Shown here piece after piece: positions 47,534 to 57,606 of a stretch of 64,000 bases of DNA (the stretch's first letter is position 1; each line of letters opens with the position of its first letter). Location: assembly GCA_963773065.1 (NCBI GenBank), contig CAVYZN010000023.1:1-64000 (forward strand). The letters are read 5' to 3'. The notes beneath the pieces were generated by a model. That model made no database searches. It worked only from the letters and a program-made list of their open reading frames with translations, and had not been told where the DNA came from. The DNA comes from an uncultured Gammaproteobacteria bacterium. GTDB lineage: Bacteria; Pseudomonadota; Gammaproteobacteria; UBA9214. Both the position numbers and the translations under genes were made by a program.

Positions 47534-50157
47534 ATGCTAAGAAGACGATACGAATCTGCGCAGTCTCTCGACGGTGTAATTGATCTCGAACGCCTGCGGT
47601 CCGGACCCATTGACAGCCTTGAACGGGACGCCCGGAAGTTTTTCGATCTCACCTATCTCTCGGAAGACCTACACAAGGTGCTCCGCGGGCTCAGCCAGCG
47701 ATTCAAGGAAGGCGGTCCTGGCACCGTACTTGCCCAGGCGGTAAAGGGTTTGGGTAAGTCCCATACGCTTCTCATGGGTTATCACCTATTCGCAAACCCA
47801 AGTGAAGCGAAAGTTTGGGCAGCAAATGCGGGTTACGACTGGGCACCGCCTGCAGACGCCGAGGTGATCGTCCACAAGTTCACCGATCAGTCCATGCGAG
47901 GCGACGCGCTGTGGATGCTGATCGGACAAAGGCTCGGCCAGAAGTGGAGCGAGAGTCGCCCGCCCGATCTTGACGACTCCGCGCAGCAATCAAGGATCGG
48001 CATCTTGTCCTGATCTTCGACGAGCTGGAACGCGGCATCCAGAATATCGTAAATACTGCGCGCCGCAGCCAGAACATCAGTTTTCTCCAGATGTTGAGCG
48101 AAGAGGCCGCGCGTGATACTGACGTCACGTTGTTCGCGGCGGTTTACGATGGCAACGTGGAACCCGGCTCGACGCTCAAGCGTACGCAACGGATCGAACT
48201 TCATTTCCGCAAGGCCGAGGACCGCGCCTCCATTGTCCGGCATCGCCTATTCGCGGATGCCGACAGCTATGACAAGGAGGCTGCTCGGTCTCTCGTTCGG
48301 TCGTATATCAACACTTGGCGTCGGTTCGGAGTAGAAGTTCCAGATGCCTTCATCAACCGCATGGAGACAACCTTTCCGTTTCTGCCTGACTTGATTGAAC
48401 TGGTGTTTGAACGCATCACGGAGAGTGGCGGTTTTCAAGGAACGCGCAGCGCCTTGGGCCTGCTCGGCACCATGCTCGATGCAGTGGGCGAAGGTGCGTA
48501 TCTCATGACTGCCGCGCACTGCCGCATTACCGACGCGGCTTGCGCCGACCGTCTGCTCGATCTCGATCCGACCGGGACACTCGTTAGCGCCGCTCAGTCA
48601 AACTACCGGGACCTCGCGACACAATCGTATGCCGAGGCCATCGCTTCGTCGGTCTTGTTGGCGAGCCTCGTGCCTGGCGGCCGCGCGGCCGGCTTGTCGG
48701 CCGAGGAGCTGGTGCGACATGTGGTCAAGCCCGGGGACGACCCGAATCAATTTCATGCCGGGGTAGAGGCGTTCAAGAAGTTCGGGACGCGCTTTCACGA
48801 GCGCGAGGGACGTCTGTTGTTCGATCTGGAGGAGAACGAATACGCCAAGGTCGAGCTGGATGCAATCCGGCACAACGACGAGGCCGCGCGCGATCAAATC
48901 GTCCAAATCTGGCGACAGGACGTGTTCCGCGACATGCACCAGTGCGTGGTTTTCCGCGACCTTGAGGAGACGCGGTTTACCCTCCAGGGTTTTTCGAAGC
49001 ACGGCCAGCGGTACATGTTGGCGCCGCGGCGTTCGTCCCAAGAGGAACGTTTCGCCCTTTACCAAGGGCTCGAATTGCGAAACCAGGTCCTGTTGCTGGA
49101 GCCGCGCGACAGCAGAGTGGATCATCTCAACAACGCTGACCTGCGGGCGATTGCCAAGCGACTCAAGGCCTCCAAGCAGCTCGCTGAGTCGTCTACAAAT
49201 GTCGAGCGGCGCGCGAAGTTCGAGCGGACGAGCGGGATCAAACGCAGATGATTCAGCGCGCGCTGAAGCAGGCGGGACTCGTCTACGCTCGGATCGAACG
49301 CTGGGGCGACGAGCCGAGCCAGGTGCGATTTGAGGAGGAAAGCCTGGGGCAGGCCAGCAGCAAGGAAGAGGTATTGAGCTACCTCCGCACGCAGGTCTTC
49401 CGGTTTCGCTGTTCGAGGAACACCTTCGCAAGAACCTGCAAGGTTTGATCGGTCAACGCGTAGAGCAAGTAGATCGTGCCTACCGCAACACGTTGGGATC
49501 CCGAGTGCCGCTGACGGTCGGCATGGTAACTGACGCGCTGCGTGCCTTGGTGGAAGACCGCAACCGGATTCTCGGTCGACAACACCCGAGGGGAAATTTG
49601 CGGCGAGCGCGTGACTCTCACGTACTCGGAACTTGGGCAAGCTGTATTGGCTCAGCAATGGGCTACGAAGATGGACCGACCCGCGGCGGTAGCGCCTTCC
49701 ATTGCTTCGATATCCGCAGATCTCCGCAGGTAGTGAGAGGGTAGCACCGATCGGTGTTGATGTTGGCACAGGCGAGCTTGAGCTTCCTGCGCCCGCTGTC
49801 GTAGCCGAGGAAAGGGCCACGCCCCATTGCCGAAGCCTCGGCGAGCTTCGCCAACAAGTCGCGGTACGGCTAACCGATCTGGAAGAACCGGTCATCCGCT
49901 TGGCACGGTTCACAGTGTTTGCGAACTATCGCAACCAGGAGCTTTCAGGATTAGCCGCGGCGTACCGTGGCGCATTGTCCGGTGCAGGCGACCTGGACGT
50001 TCAGCTCGATATTACCGTACGCGGCCCGATGACGAAGGTGGCTCTGGAGCAGCACTGCGAGAAGTTGCCGAATATCGCGAGCGCTAATTATTCCGCGCGC
50101 TTCAGTGTCGAGGTGTCTTCCGAGGGCCGGAACAGGAAGGAGGAAGCGCTCTTGTGA
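47534..50157 (+). CDS. DUF499/BrxC-like P-loop ATPase (several frameshifts)
   Basis: FFDLTY, Walker A KGLGKSH, Walker B LVLIFDELE, IVRHRLF, FPFLP, GFQGTR; joins ORFs 47498, 48091, 49248, 49445, 49702. Confidence 0.72.
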
Positions 50158-51148
50158 ACACTGCCGCGCTGGATCGTGAACTGCTCGACCACCTCACCCG
50201 TCCTGGCGCGCGCCTGCCGAAGCTTGAACGTTGGTTGTTGGACGAGGTGTGGACACAGGCCGCGTTCGAGTCCGCCAGCAAGTCACCGCAAGCCTACTTG
50301 CAGAGTGGCGAAGGGCAGGTCAACGAGCGCGAGAACCTACTGCGAACCGCAGCGGCATCGTTGTTCGACGAGCTGACCGCAACGCCTGCGCAGGATAGGA
50401 CGGTCGGCGCGTTCTTCGCGCAGAACCAGAAGTCGGCCGCTGTGTTGTTTGATGGGTGCTCCCTGCGGGAGATGCCGCGGCTGCTGGATCTCGCTAAGGC
50501 TTCGCGGCGAGAGGTGTTGGAGCTTGGGTGCAGCCGGCGCCGCCATACCGAGCGAGACAGAGTACTTCGTCTCGGATCGCCTTGGCCTGGGATTGCCGAC
50601 CATCGGTCCGTCGCAGCTTACCGGACGCGCCGAGATGAAACAGCGAAATGTCCGCTTCTACTACTACCGGCAGACCAGCGATCACCACACCATCCAGGAT
50701 GGCGAAGAATCGTTTCCGCTTTGGACGCGGTTCCCGGATCAACGCTACACGGACAGCACGGCGACCAATGTAGGCCATGTTTGACGGGCTTTGGGACGGG
50801 CTGGAACAGACCTGGCGACGCACGGTTCAAGCGGTGCCGCCGGATCGCAAGGTGCTGGTCACGAGCGATCACGGCTACATATTCCTCGGCTCGGGATTGA
50901 GCGACCCCAGTCTCAGGGGCGCGGATCGGATACTGGATGGAAAGCGTTTCCGGGTGTTCGAGCCAAACGAGTCGTTGCCGGCGAGCGGCAACGGCCTGTG
51001 GGTAGATGCCAGCCGCCGGTTGGCCGTGTTGGCGGGGCGGGGGCATAACCGGTTTCAAGGTCCAGGAGCGCAATCCGTCTACCGTCACGGTGGGTTGACG
51101 CTGATGGAAATGTTGACGCCCTGGCTGGTTCTGGGGCTGGTTAGGTAA
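50154..51148 (+). CDS. Short PglZ-like alkaline-phosphatase-superfamily protein (two frameshifts)
   Basis: LFDGCSLRE, PSET, VTSDHGY, HGGLTLMEMLTPW; GTGA overlap with the ATPase stop. Confidence 0.8.
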
Positions 51149-51152
51149 GCCT

Positions 51153-52457
51153 ATGTCATACCGCGAAGACCAACTCCTCTTTTACGAAGGCGACTTGGAC
51201 GCCGTACTTCGCGCACAAGTCGCAAGTGTGAGGGAACGTGTGGATGATATCCCTCGCGATCAGTTTCTTTCGTCGCCAGAAGATACGCTTGTGGAGCACA
51301 TTCGCTCATCCATGGAAATTGAGCCGCTCCAGCTCCATGAAGACGCGATGGTGATGGAGCAGCAGGAAACCAAGATCGACGTCAGCCGCTGGCCTGACCG
51401 TAATGTGTTCCGCGAGCCAGGTCCAATTTACGTGTCTGGCGTGAAGGTCACCGTAACGATTCCCTACTCCGGCGATCCGACTCTCTGGAAGTTGCGCTCG
51501 AATCCGTATCAAACGGTTTTCCCGCGCGGCGTTATCCGCATGCCTGGACGCGATAAAATTGGTCATCTGGATGTTGTCCTTCAGCAGCCGAGCGACGAGC
51601 CCGCGGAGAAGCCGAAACGTGAGCTTGATGACACGCTTCGAGGCATCCGCTTTTATCTGGAAAACCAGAAGCGGCAGATTGAACAACACAACGCGGGTCT
51701 ACCAAATGCAATCCGTCAAGCGGTTCAGGCGAGACGCACCCGACTTCAAGCGCACGATGGCATTGCGCAAGCGCTGAATATTCCTCTCAAACGGCGCGAG
51801 GGTGCGCCGGAGATTCGTCCGATCGCCGTGCAGCGGAAACTGGTGCGTCCACTTCCGGCTCCCCCAAAGGGCGGCTACAAACCGGAACCTGGAATCACCG
51901 ATGACGACTATGATCACATTCTCGCCGTCATCCGGCATGAAGGCAGGACATTCGAGACGACGTCCGGAACCTTCGCTGTTCATGACGAAGAACAGTTGAG
52001 GGATATCGTTCTCGCGCACCTCAATGGCCATTACCAGGGTGGTGCAACGGGTGAGACGTTCCGGCGCAGCGGTAAGACAGATATACGTATCGAAAACGAC
52101 AGACGTGCTGCGTTCGTAGCGGAATGCAAAGTATGGCGGGGCGCGAAAGAGTTGACCGATGCGGTTGGTCAATTGCTGAGCTATCTCACCTGGCGCGACT
52201 GCAAGGCCGCGATTGTGATCTTTAACAAGCACAACGCCGGCTTCTCCGAGTTGCTGCAGAAGGTCCCGGAAACGCTTGCGGCGCATCCTCGGGTAAGAAA
52301 GAAACCCGGGCAACGCACTGATGGCGAGTGGCGTTTCGTCTTCGCCTCGGCTGAAGACGAGGCACGTGAAGTCGTCGTCCATGTGTTTCTGTTCAATCTC
52401 TATGTGAAGGATAAGACCGTCCGAGCAGCTTTTGAGGCAGTTGGGCAAGGAGGTTAA
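51153..52457 (+). CDS. Hypothetical protein with C-terminal PD-(D/E)XK restriction-endonuclease-like domain
   Basis: Intact 434 aa; DEEQLRD, GE, KTDIRI, AECK, QLLSY motif series. Confidence 0.65.
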   Translation: MSYREDQLLFYEGDLDAVLRAQVASVRERVDDIPRDQFLSSPEDTLVEHIRSSMEIEPLQLHEDAMVMEQQETKIDVSRWPDRNVFREPGPIYVSGVKVTVTIPYSGDPTLWKLRSNPYQTVFPRGVIRMPGRDKIGHLDVVLQQPSDEPAEKPKRELDDTLRGIRFYLENQKRQIEQHNAGLPNAIRQAVQARRTRLQAHDGIAQALNIPLKRREGAPEIRPIAVQRKLVRPLPAPPKGGYKPEPGITDDDYDHILAVIRHEGRTFETTSGTFAVHDEEQLRDIVLAHLNGHYQGGATGETFRRSGKTDIRIENDRRAAFVAECKVWRGAKELTDAVGQLLSYLTWRDCKAAIVIFNKHNAGFSELLQKVPETLAAHPRVRKKPGQRTDGEWRFVFASAEDEAREVVVHVFLFNLYVKDKTVRAAFEAVGQGG

Positions 52458-52461
52458 TCGT

Positions 52462-52705
52462 ATGAAACAGAAAGTTGGGACTTTAATTGAGGAAGACGTG
52501 GTGCGCCGGGCCAAACGCCGGGCGGCCAACGAAGGGCGGCCCCTGAGCGACCTGATTCAGGACGCCTTGGAAAGCTATTTGTCCACGACGGTTTTAGAGC
52601 CGGCGAAGCGCGATGCGGCCTACCAGCTTTTCTGCGAGCGACCGATGAAGCTCGCTCCCGAGCAGTTCAAGGCCGTGCTCGAAGAGGACGCGTGGGATTC
52701 TGTGA
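52462..52705 (+). CDS. Ribbon-helix-helix/CopG-like antitoxin
   Basis: MKQKVGTLIEEDVVRRAKRRAANEGRPLSDLIQDAL; AGGAGG SD; reads in frame into the PIN domain. Confidence 0.7.
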
Positions 52706-53208
52706 ACCTCGACGACATTCCAAGCGGCAGTCTGTGCGTGATTGATACAAACGTCTTACTCTATGCCGAGCAGAACGTTTCCGATCAGGCGCAGCGGCTC
52801 ATCCGGCGCTGCGCCCAGGGCGAACTGATCGGCACGCTTCCGCAGACGATTTGGCAGGAGCTGACTCACAAGCTCATGCTCGCCGAGGCCATGACGAAAG
52901 GGCTCATTGGGGGTGGCAATCCGGCCGCACGCTTGGGCAGCAAGCCGGATGCGGTACGCGGATTGAGTCTTTATCGAGCCAAGGTTCAGGCGTTAGTGGA
53001 CCTCGGCCTCGGCTTCGAAGTTTGCACCCTGACCGATCTGACCAAAACCGCCTTCGGGCTGCAAGAGAAGTACGGCTTCTTAACTAACGATGCGGTGATG
53101 CTGGCCGTGGCGATACGACTAAAGGCCGATGCATTGGTATCTACAGATCGTGGATTTCGCTCGATCAGCGATATGGCGGTCTTCTATCCCACAGACCTGC
53201 GGATTTGA
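52702..53208 (+). CDS. PIN domain (VapC-like) toxin
   Basis: VIDTNVL, conserved E, TNDA, STDRGF. Confidence 0.85.
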   Translation: MNLDDIPSGSLCVIDTNVLLYAEQNVSDQAQRLIRRCAQGELIGTLPQTIWQELTHKLMLAEAMTKGLIGGGNPAARLGSKPDAVRGLSLYRAKVQALVDLGLGFEVCTLTDLTKTAFGLQEKYGFLTNDAVMLAVAIRLKADALVSTDRGFRSISDMAVFYPTDLRI

Positions 53209-53209
53209 T

Positions 53210-53986
53210 ATGGAAAAGGCAAGAACGCTAATCGAGCGACTGTTATCTGAAGTGTGCAACTCGGATGGTTCCGCAGCTGTCCAGAAATACAGGTCGCTGC
53301 GAGATGTGGACGCAAAGGTACGGGAATTTGGAATGTTGCTGGGTAGCCTTCCCGATAACTCTCGCACGCTAAGGGAGTCCTTCGAAAAGGATGTGGACTT
53401 TACCGCCAATAGCCGGAGAGTGAGGTTGGAAGCGTTGGCCAATTATTGTCGAACTGTTCTGCGATTTTTGGATAACGGCATTATTGAAAATAAGAAACAG
53501 GTTTTTAAGGGGCCGGTTCTTTCGAAAATAACTGCAGTTATGCCACAGCTCGAAGAGGTTATCCAAGATAGATGGATTGAGGCGCAGAAATGTCAGCATG
53601 CTGGGGCATATCTTGCTGCCGTCATCCTGATGGGAAGCATTTTAGAGGCGCTTCTGTTGTCGAGAGCAACAATGACGCCGGCGGACTGCTATACGGCATC
53701 AAGAGCCCCTAAAGATAAGAACAGCAAAATTCTTGCGGTACAGGACTGGAACCTCAGTAGCTTGATCGAGGTGGCCGCCGAGTGCGGATGGCTAAAGGTG
53801 GATAGAGCCAAATTCAGTCATGCACTGAGGGAGTCTCGTAATGTGGTTCACCCATGGCAGCATGTGGCGCTGAGGGCTGAGTTTGACGAAGCCACATGCA
53901 AGACGTGTTGGCATGTTCTAAACGCATCGGTTGATGACCTGCTTAAGTCGATTTCACAGTCACAGGCCGCCGTGAAAATTACATGA
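53210..53986 (+). CDS. HEPN/DUF4145-like helical protein
   Basis: EAQKC...AYLAAVILMGSILEALL, LSSLIEVA, LRESRNVVHP (R-x3/x6-H); AT-richer. Confidence 0.6.
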   Translation: MEKARTLIERLLSEVCNSDGSAAVQKYRSLRDVDAKVREFGMLLGSLPDNSRTLRESFEKDVDFTANSRRVRLEALANYCRTVLRFLDNGIIENKKQVFKGPVLSKITAVMPQLEEVIQDRWIEAQKCQHAGAYLAAVILMGSILEALLLSRATMTPADCYTASRAPKDKNSKILAVQDWNLSSLIEVAAECGWLKVDRAKFSHALRESRNVVHPWQHVALRAEFDEATCKTCWHVLNASVDDLLKSISQSQAAVKIT

Positions 53987-56900
53987 GCGCCCAACCGGAC
54001 ACCCAAGATTTGAAAATACCTTCCCCGCGCGCCATCGAGGTAGGTTTTCCTATCGTCGAAATCAACCGCCTCGCCGAACCGGAGCGCAACAGCTTCAAGC
54101 CGATCTACCAGATGCACAAGTGGTTCGCGCGGCGTGCCTCGTGCGTGTTTCGCGCCATCCTGCTCGGTGCGCTCAAGCCGGCGTTCAATCCGGACGGCAC
54201 GCCGGTGGATCTTGATGGCGGAGTTCTATAAGGACCACGGCCTCGATCCCGATACGCAGGGCAAGGTGGTGCTCGATCCCTTCATGGGCGGCGGCACGAC
54301 GGTGGTGGAGGCGCTGCGCCTCGGGTGCAAGGTGATCGGCATCGATCTCAATCCGGTTGCCTGGTTCATCGTCAAGATCGAAGTGGAACCGGTGGACATC
54401 GAGGCGCTGAAAAGCGCCTTCGAGCGCCTGGCGGCGCGTCCCGTTGCTTGGAACGGCGGGAAGCCCCTGCGGGAAACGCTCCTCGATCTCTACAGGACCG
54501 AGGTGCTGTCCGGTCTCGACGCGGATGTGATCTACACCTTCTGGGTCAAGCACGCGATCTGCACCGACCCTACCTGCAAGAAGGAAGTGCCGCTCTTCAA
54601 GGACTACGTTGTCGCCGCGAAGGCGCTGTCGGTGAGGTACCACCGCGACGTGCGTCTGCCCCGAGTGTAAGAAAGTCCTTCGACTGGGAAGTGAGTATCG
54701 CCTCACTGATCGCCGATCCGGCGATGATGGTGAATAGCCCCAGGGGCGCGGCGGGCGAAGGCCGACCCACGGCGGTGTGGACGTATGCGCCCGAGCCGCC
54801 CAAGACCGAAGAACAGGCGCGAGACAAGTCTTGCGGACATGACCTGTCCGCACTGCGCGAAGTCCGTGCGCGTGCAGGTTCCATGGGACAAGAAGAAGGA
54901 GCGCAAGAAGGTTCCACTCACGGTGCTGCTCTGTCCGGCGTGCGAAGCTGTATGGCAGTGGCGCGGTCCGTTGCCCGAGGGCGAACTCGCCTGCCCTGCG
55001 TGCAAACATGGCTACGACCCGAAGAAGGGTAACGTGCCGGAGAAGGGTTACTTCCAGTGCCGCTGCGGTAACAAGGACCGGATCATCGAAAGCATCCGCC
55101 TGCTGCCGCAGGAGCAGCGTTTGCCGGTTCGCCCCTATGCGTTGCAGGCATATCTTCCGCCCGAATCCGAAGAGGAATCGCCAGGCGATGGCGAGCAGGG
55201 CGTCGCTGTTCGATGACATGCCACAGCAGGCGGTAACTGCTCGCTCGCCCGCCGCCGAACGAAGGCGCACCTGCTGTTGCCGGAGAACGGCAAGTTCTTC
55301 AAGCGTTGGTCCGCTTCCGATCAGGCTCGGCTGCAACGCGCGGAGATGCTGTGGGAGAAGAACAAGACGGGCCTGCCTTATCCCAAGAGCACGATACCGG
55401 TCGGCGAAAAGACCAAATCGGGCTTGCTCGCACACCACTACAACCACTGGCACGAGATGTTCGCCCCGCGCCAGTTGCTCGCGCTCTCCACGCTGCTTGC
55501 AAGGGATTATGGCGGAGCCGGGCGAGAAGCTGCGGGAGACTGTTGCTGTGTGCGTTCTCGGATTGTGTTGGTAGAAACAAATTATTTCTGTCGGTACTTC
55601 AATGACCGCAATACGATACAAGAGATATTCTCGCGCCACGACTATCAGCCGAAGACTGACGATCGCAGAAGGTAGTGTTTTTGGTGACTGACAGTATCCG
55701 TGGCACCTACCCGCAGATGTTTGGGCGTTTGATAGAAGGCAAGACTTTCAACCGTGAGGCGTTCGACTGGAAACGCAATGCAGGTGACAAGCCGGAAAAA
55801 GTCATCGTTGACATTAGATAGTTGATGGCATGTCTGCAAACCTTAGATTGCACGAACTCAGCAACCTTGTTAACGGTTGATCCCATCTACCCCCAATGTG
55901 TTATTACCGACCCACCCTATGTCGGAAACGTTAACTACTCGAGTTGGCGGACTTCTTTCTACGTCTGGCTGCGGCTTGTTTTGAAGGATCGCTATCTTTG
56001 GTTTGCTCCTGAACACACGCCTAAAGCCGAAGAGATCGTCGAGAATCGGACGCGTGTCAAAAGCGAAGCGGATTTCTACGCCGGGCTTATCTGAAGTCTT
56101 CAAGCGCGCGCATGACTTACTGCCACCCGATGGCGTGCTTGCCTTTACGTTTCATCACACTGATCAAAAGGGCACGGTCTGGGAAGGCATGCTCAAGCCC
56201 TGTGCGACACAGGGTACGAAATCGTAGCGGTCTATCCCGTCCATGGTGAACTCGGAGTCCTCTCTGCACTTGATGGACAAGGAGAACATCTCCTATGACC
56301 TGATCCATGTTTGTCGCAAGCGGCAGGACGAATCCGACGCCGCGTTCCTGGGCCGGTATCCGGCAGGAAGTGCGCCGCCTGGCGCGCGCGGAGCTGGCGG
56401 AAATCGAAGAAGGGGCGCTACGGCAACAAGCCGCTGCCCGAACCGGATGTGCGGCTGATCTGCATCGGCAAGTGCCTGGAGCTTTACAGCGCGCACTACG
56501 ACCGGGTGCTCGACCACGAAGGCAAAACTTACCCACTGCACAAGGCGCTGCAGGACATCGGCAGCATCGTGGACCAGCTCGTCACACGCGAGCGCCCACT
56601 GCCGCCAGAGCTGGAAGACGTGGAATCGCTGACCTATGACGTGGCTGCGCCTGCTCGCGGAGGCCAGGCGCGAAAGCTGAGCGTGGACAGGATCAGCAAG
56701 TATTCGCGGGCGATCCAGGTAAGCACCGACGACCTCAAAAGGGCTGGGCTCATCATCCGCGGGCGTACCGGAAAGCGCGGGCGGACGAAAAAGAAACTAC
56801 GAGGTCAAACAGCCGAACGAGCGTCTCGAACAGGCTCTGCTGGAAAAGCTGCGCAAGGCCAGCCAATCGGCGGCACAGGGCAATGAAACTGCTCGAAGAG

Positions 56901-57157
56901 GCGGCGGACCGCGAGAAGGATTCCACTCGATGGATCTGCTCCATGCCTTGATCGCGTTGGCGGATGCCGGTGAATCGGTGCTGCCCTGGCTCGAGCGGTT
57001 CGACGCCGAGGCGCACGGAGATTCTCGCTGGGCTTACGCTTTGTGCGTGAACTGCGGTCGAGACTGGGTCGCTGCGATAGACAAAGTCGTCGCAGTGATC
57101 GAAGGCGCGCCGCTGCTGCAATTCTCCTCCCCTCCCCCGCGAGCGGGAGAGGGTTAG
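53983..57157 (+). CDS. DUF1156-like adenine DNA methyltransferase with Zn-ribbon inserts (many frameshifts)
   Basis: MHKWFARR, VLDPFMGGGT, IDLNPVA, several CxxC pairs, TDPPY, FTFHH. Confidence 0.85.
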
Positions 57158-57165
57158 GGTGGGGG
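57127..57165 (+). repeat. REP/boxC-like repeat CTCCCCTCCCCCGC..GCGGGAGAGGGTTAGGGTGGGGG
   Basis: C-rich/G-rich hairpin plus G-run tail, overlapping the last codons of the methyltransferase. Confidence 0.5.
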
Positions 57166-57170
57166 CAACG

Positions 57171-57606
57171 ATGGCCGGTTACCTGCTGCTAGAAAGAAGA
57201 ATTCCTGATACCCTCAGAAGCCGGATGGCGTAACGCCAAACGCGGTGCGCATGGGGTTCTTGGATTATCTGCGCGAGCTGCGGAGATGAGGCCGTTCCAT
57301 TTTCCTCGCGGTCACAAGATTCTCGTCGAGGGGATCGAGGACGTGCTGATCGCCACGGGGGAGAACCGCGACGATGTCGCCTCGTACATCGATGACCTGC
57401 TGGCCTCGCGGGCGAACGAATTGGAGCGCATTGGGCGGCTTTGTGCAGATCGTTTTCGAGCGGCGCTTGAGCCAGGCCGACGGACTTCTGGATTGGACGT
57501 CGGTGATATGCGGGTTTCGCTGCGCCGTATCTTCGACTCACCGGCGAAGCAAGTGAGGATCGAGCACGGCAACGAATTTTTCGTAGCGGGGTTTAATCTG
57601 ACATGA
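57171..57606 (+). CDS. Small hypothetical protein (frameshifted) coupled to the helicase
   Basis: ATG at 57171; core ORF 57286..57606; ATGA overlap with the helicase start. Confidence 0.5.
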
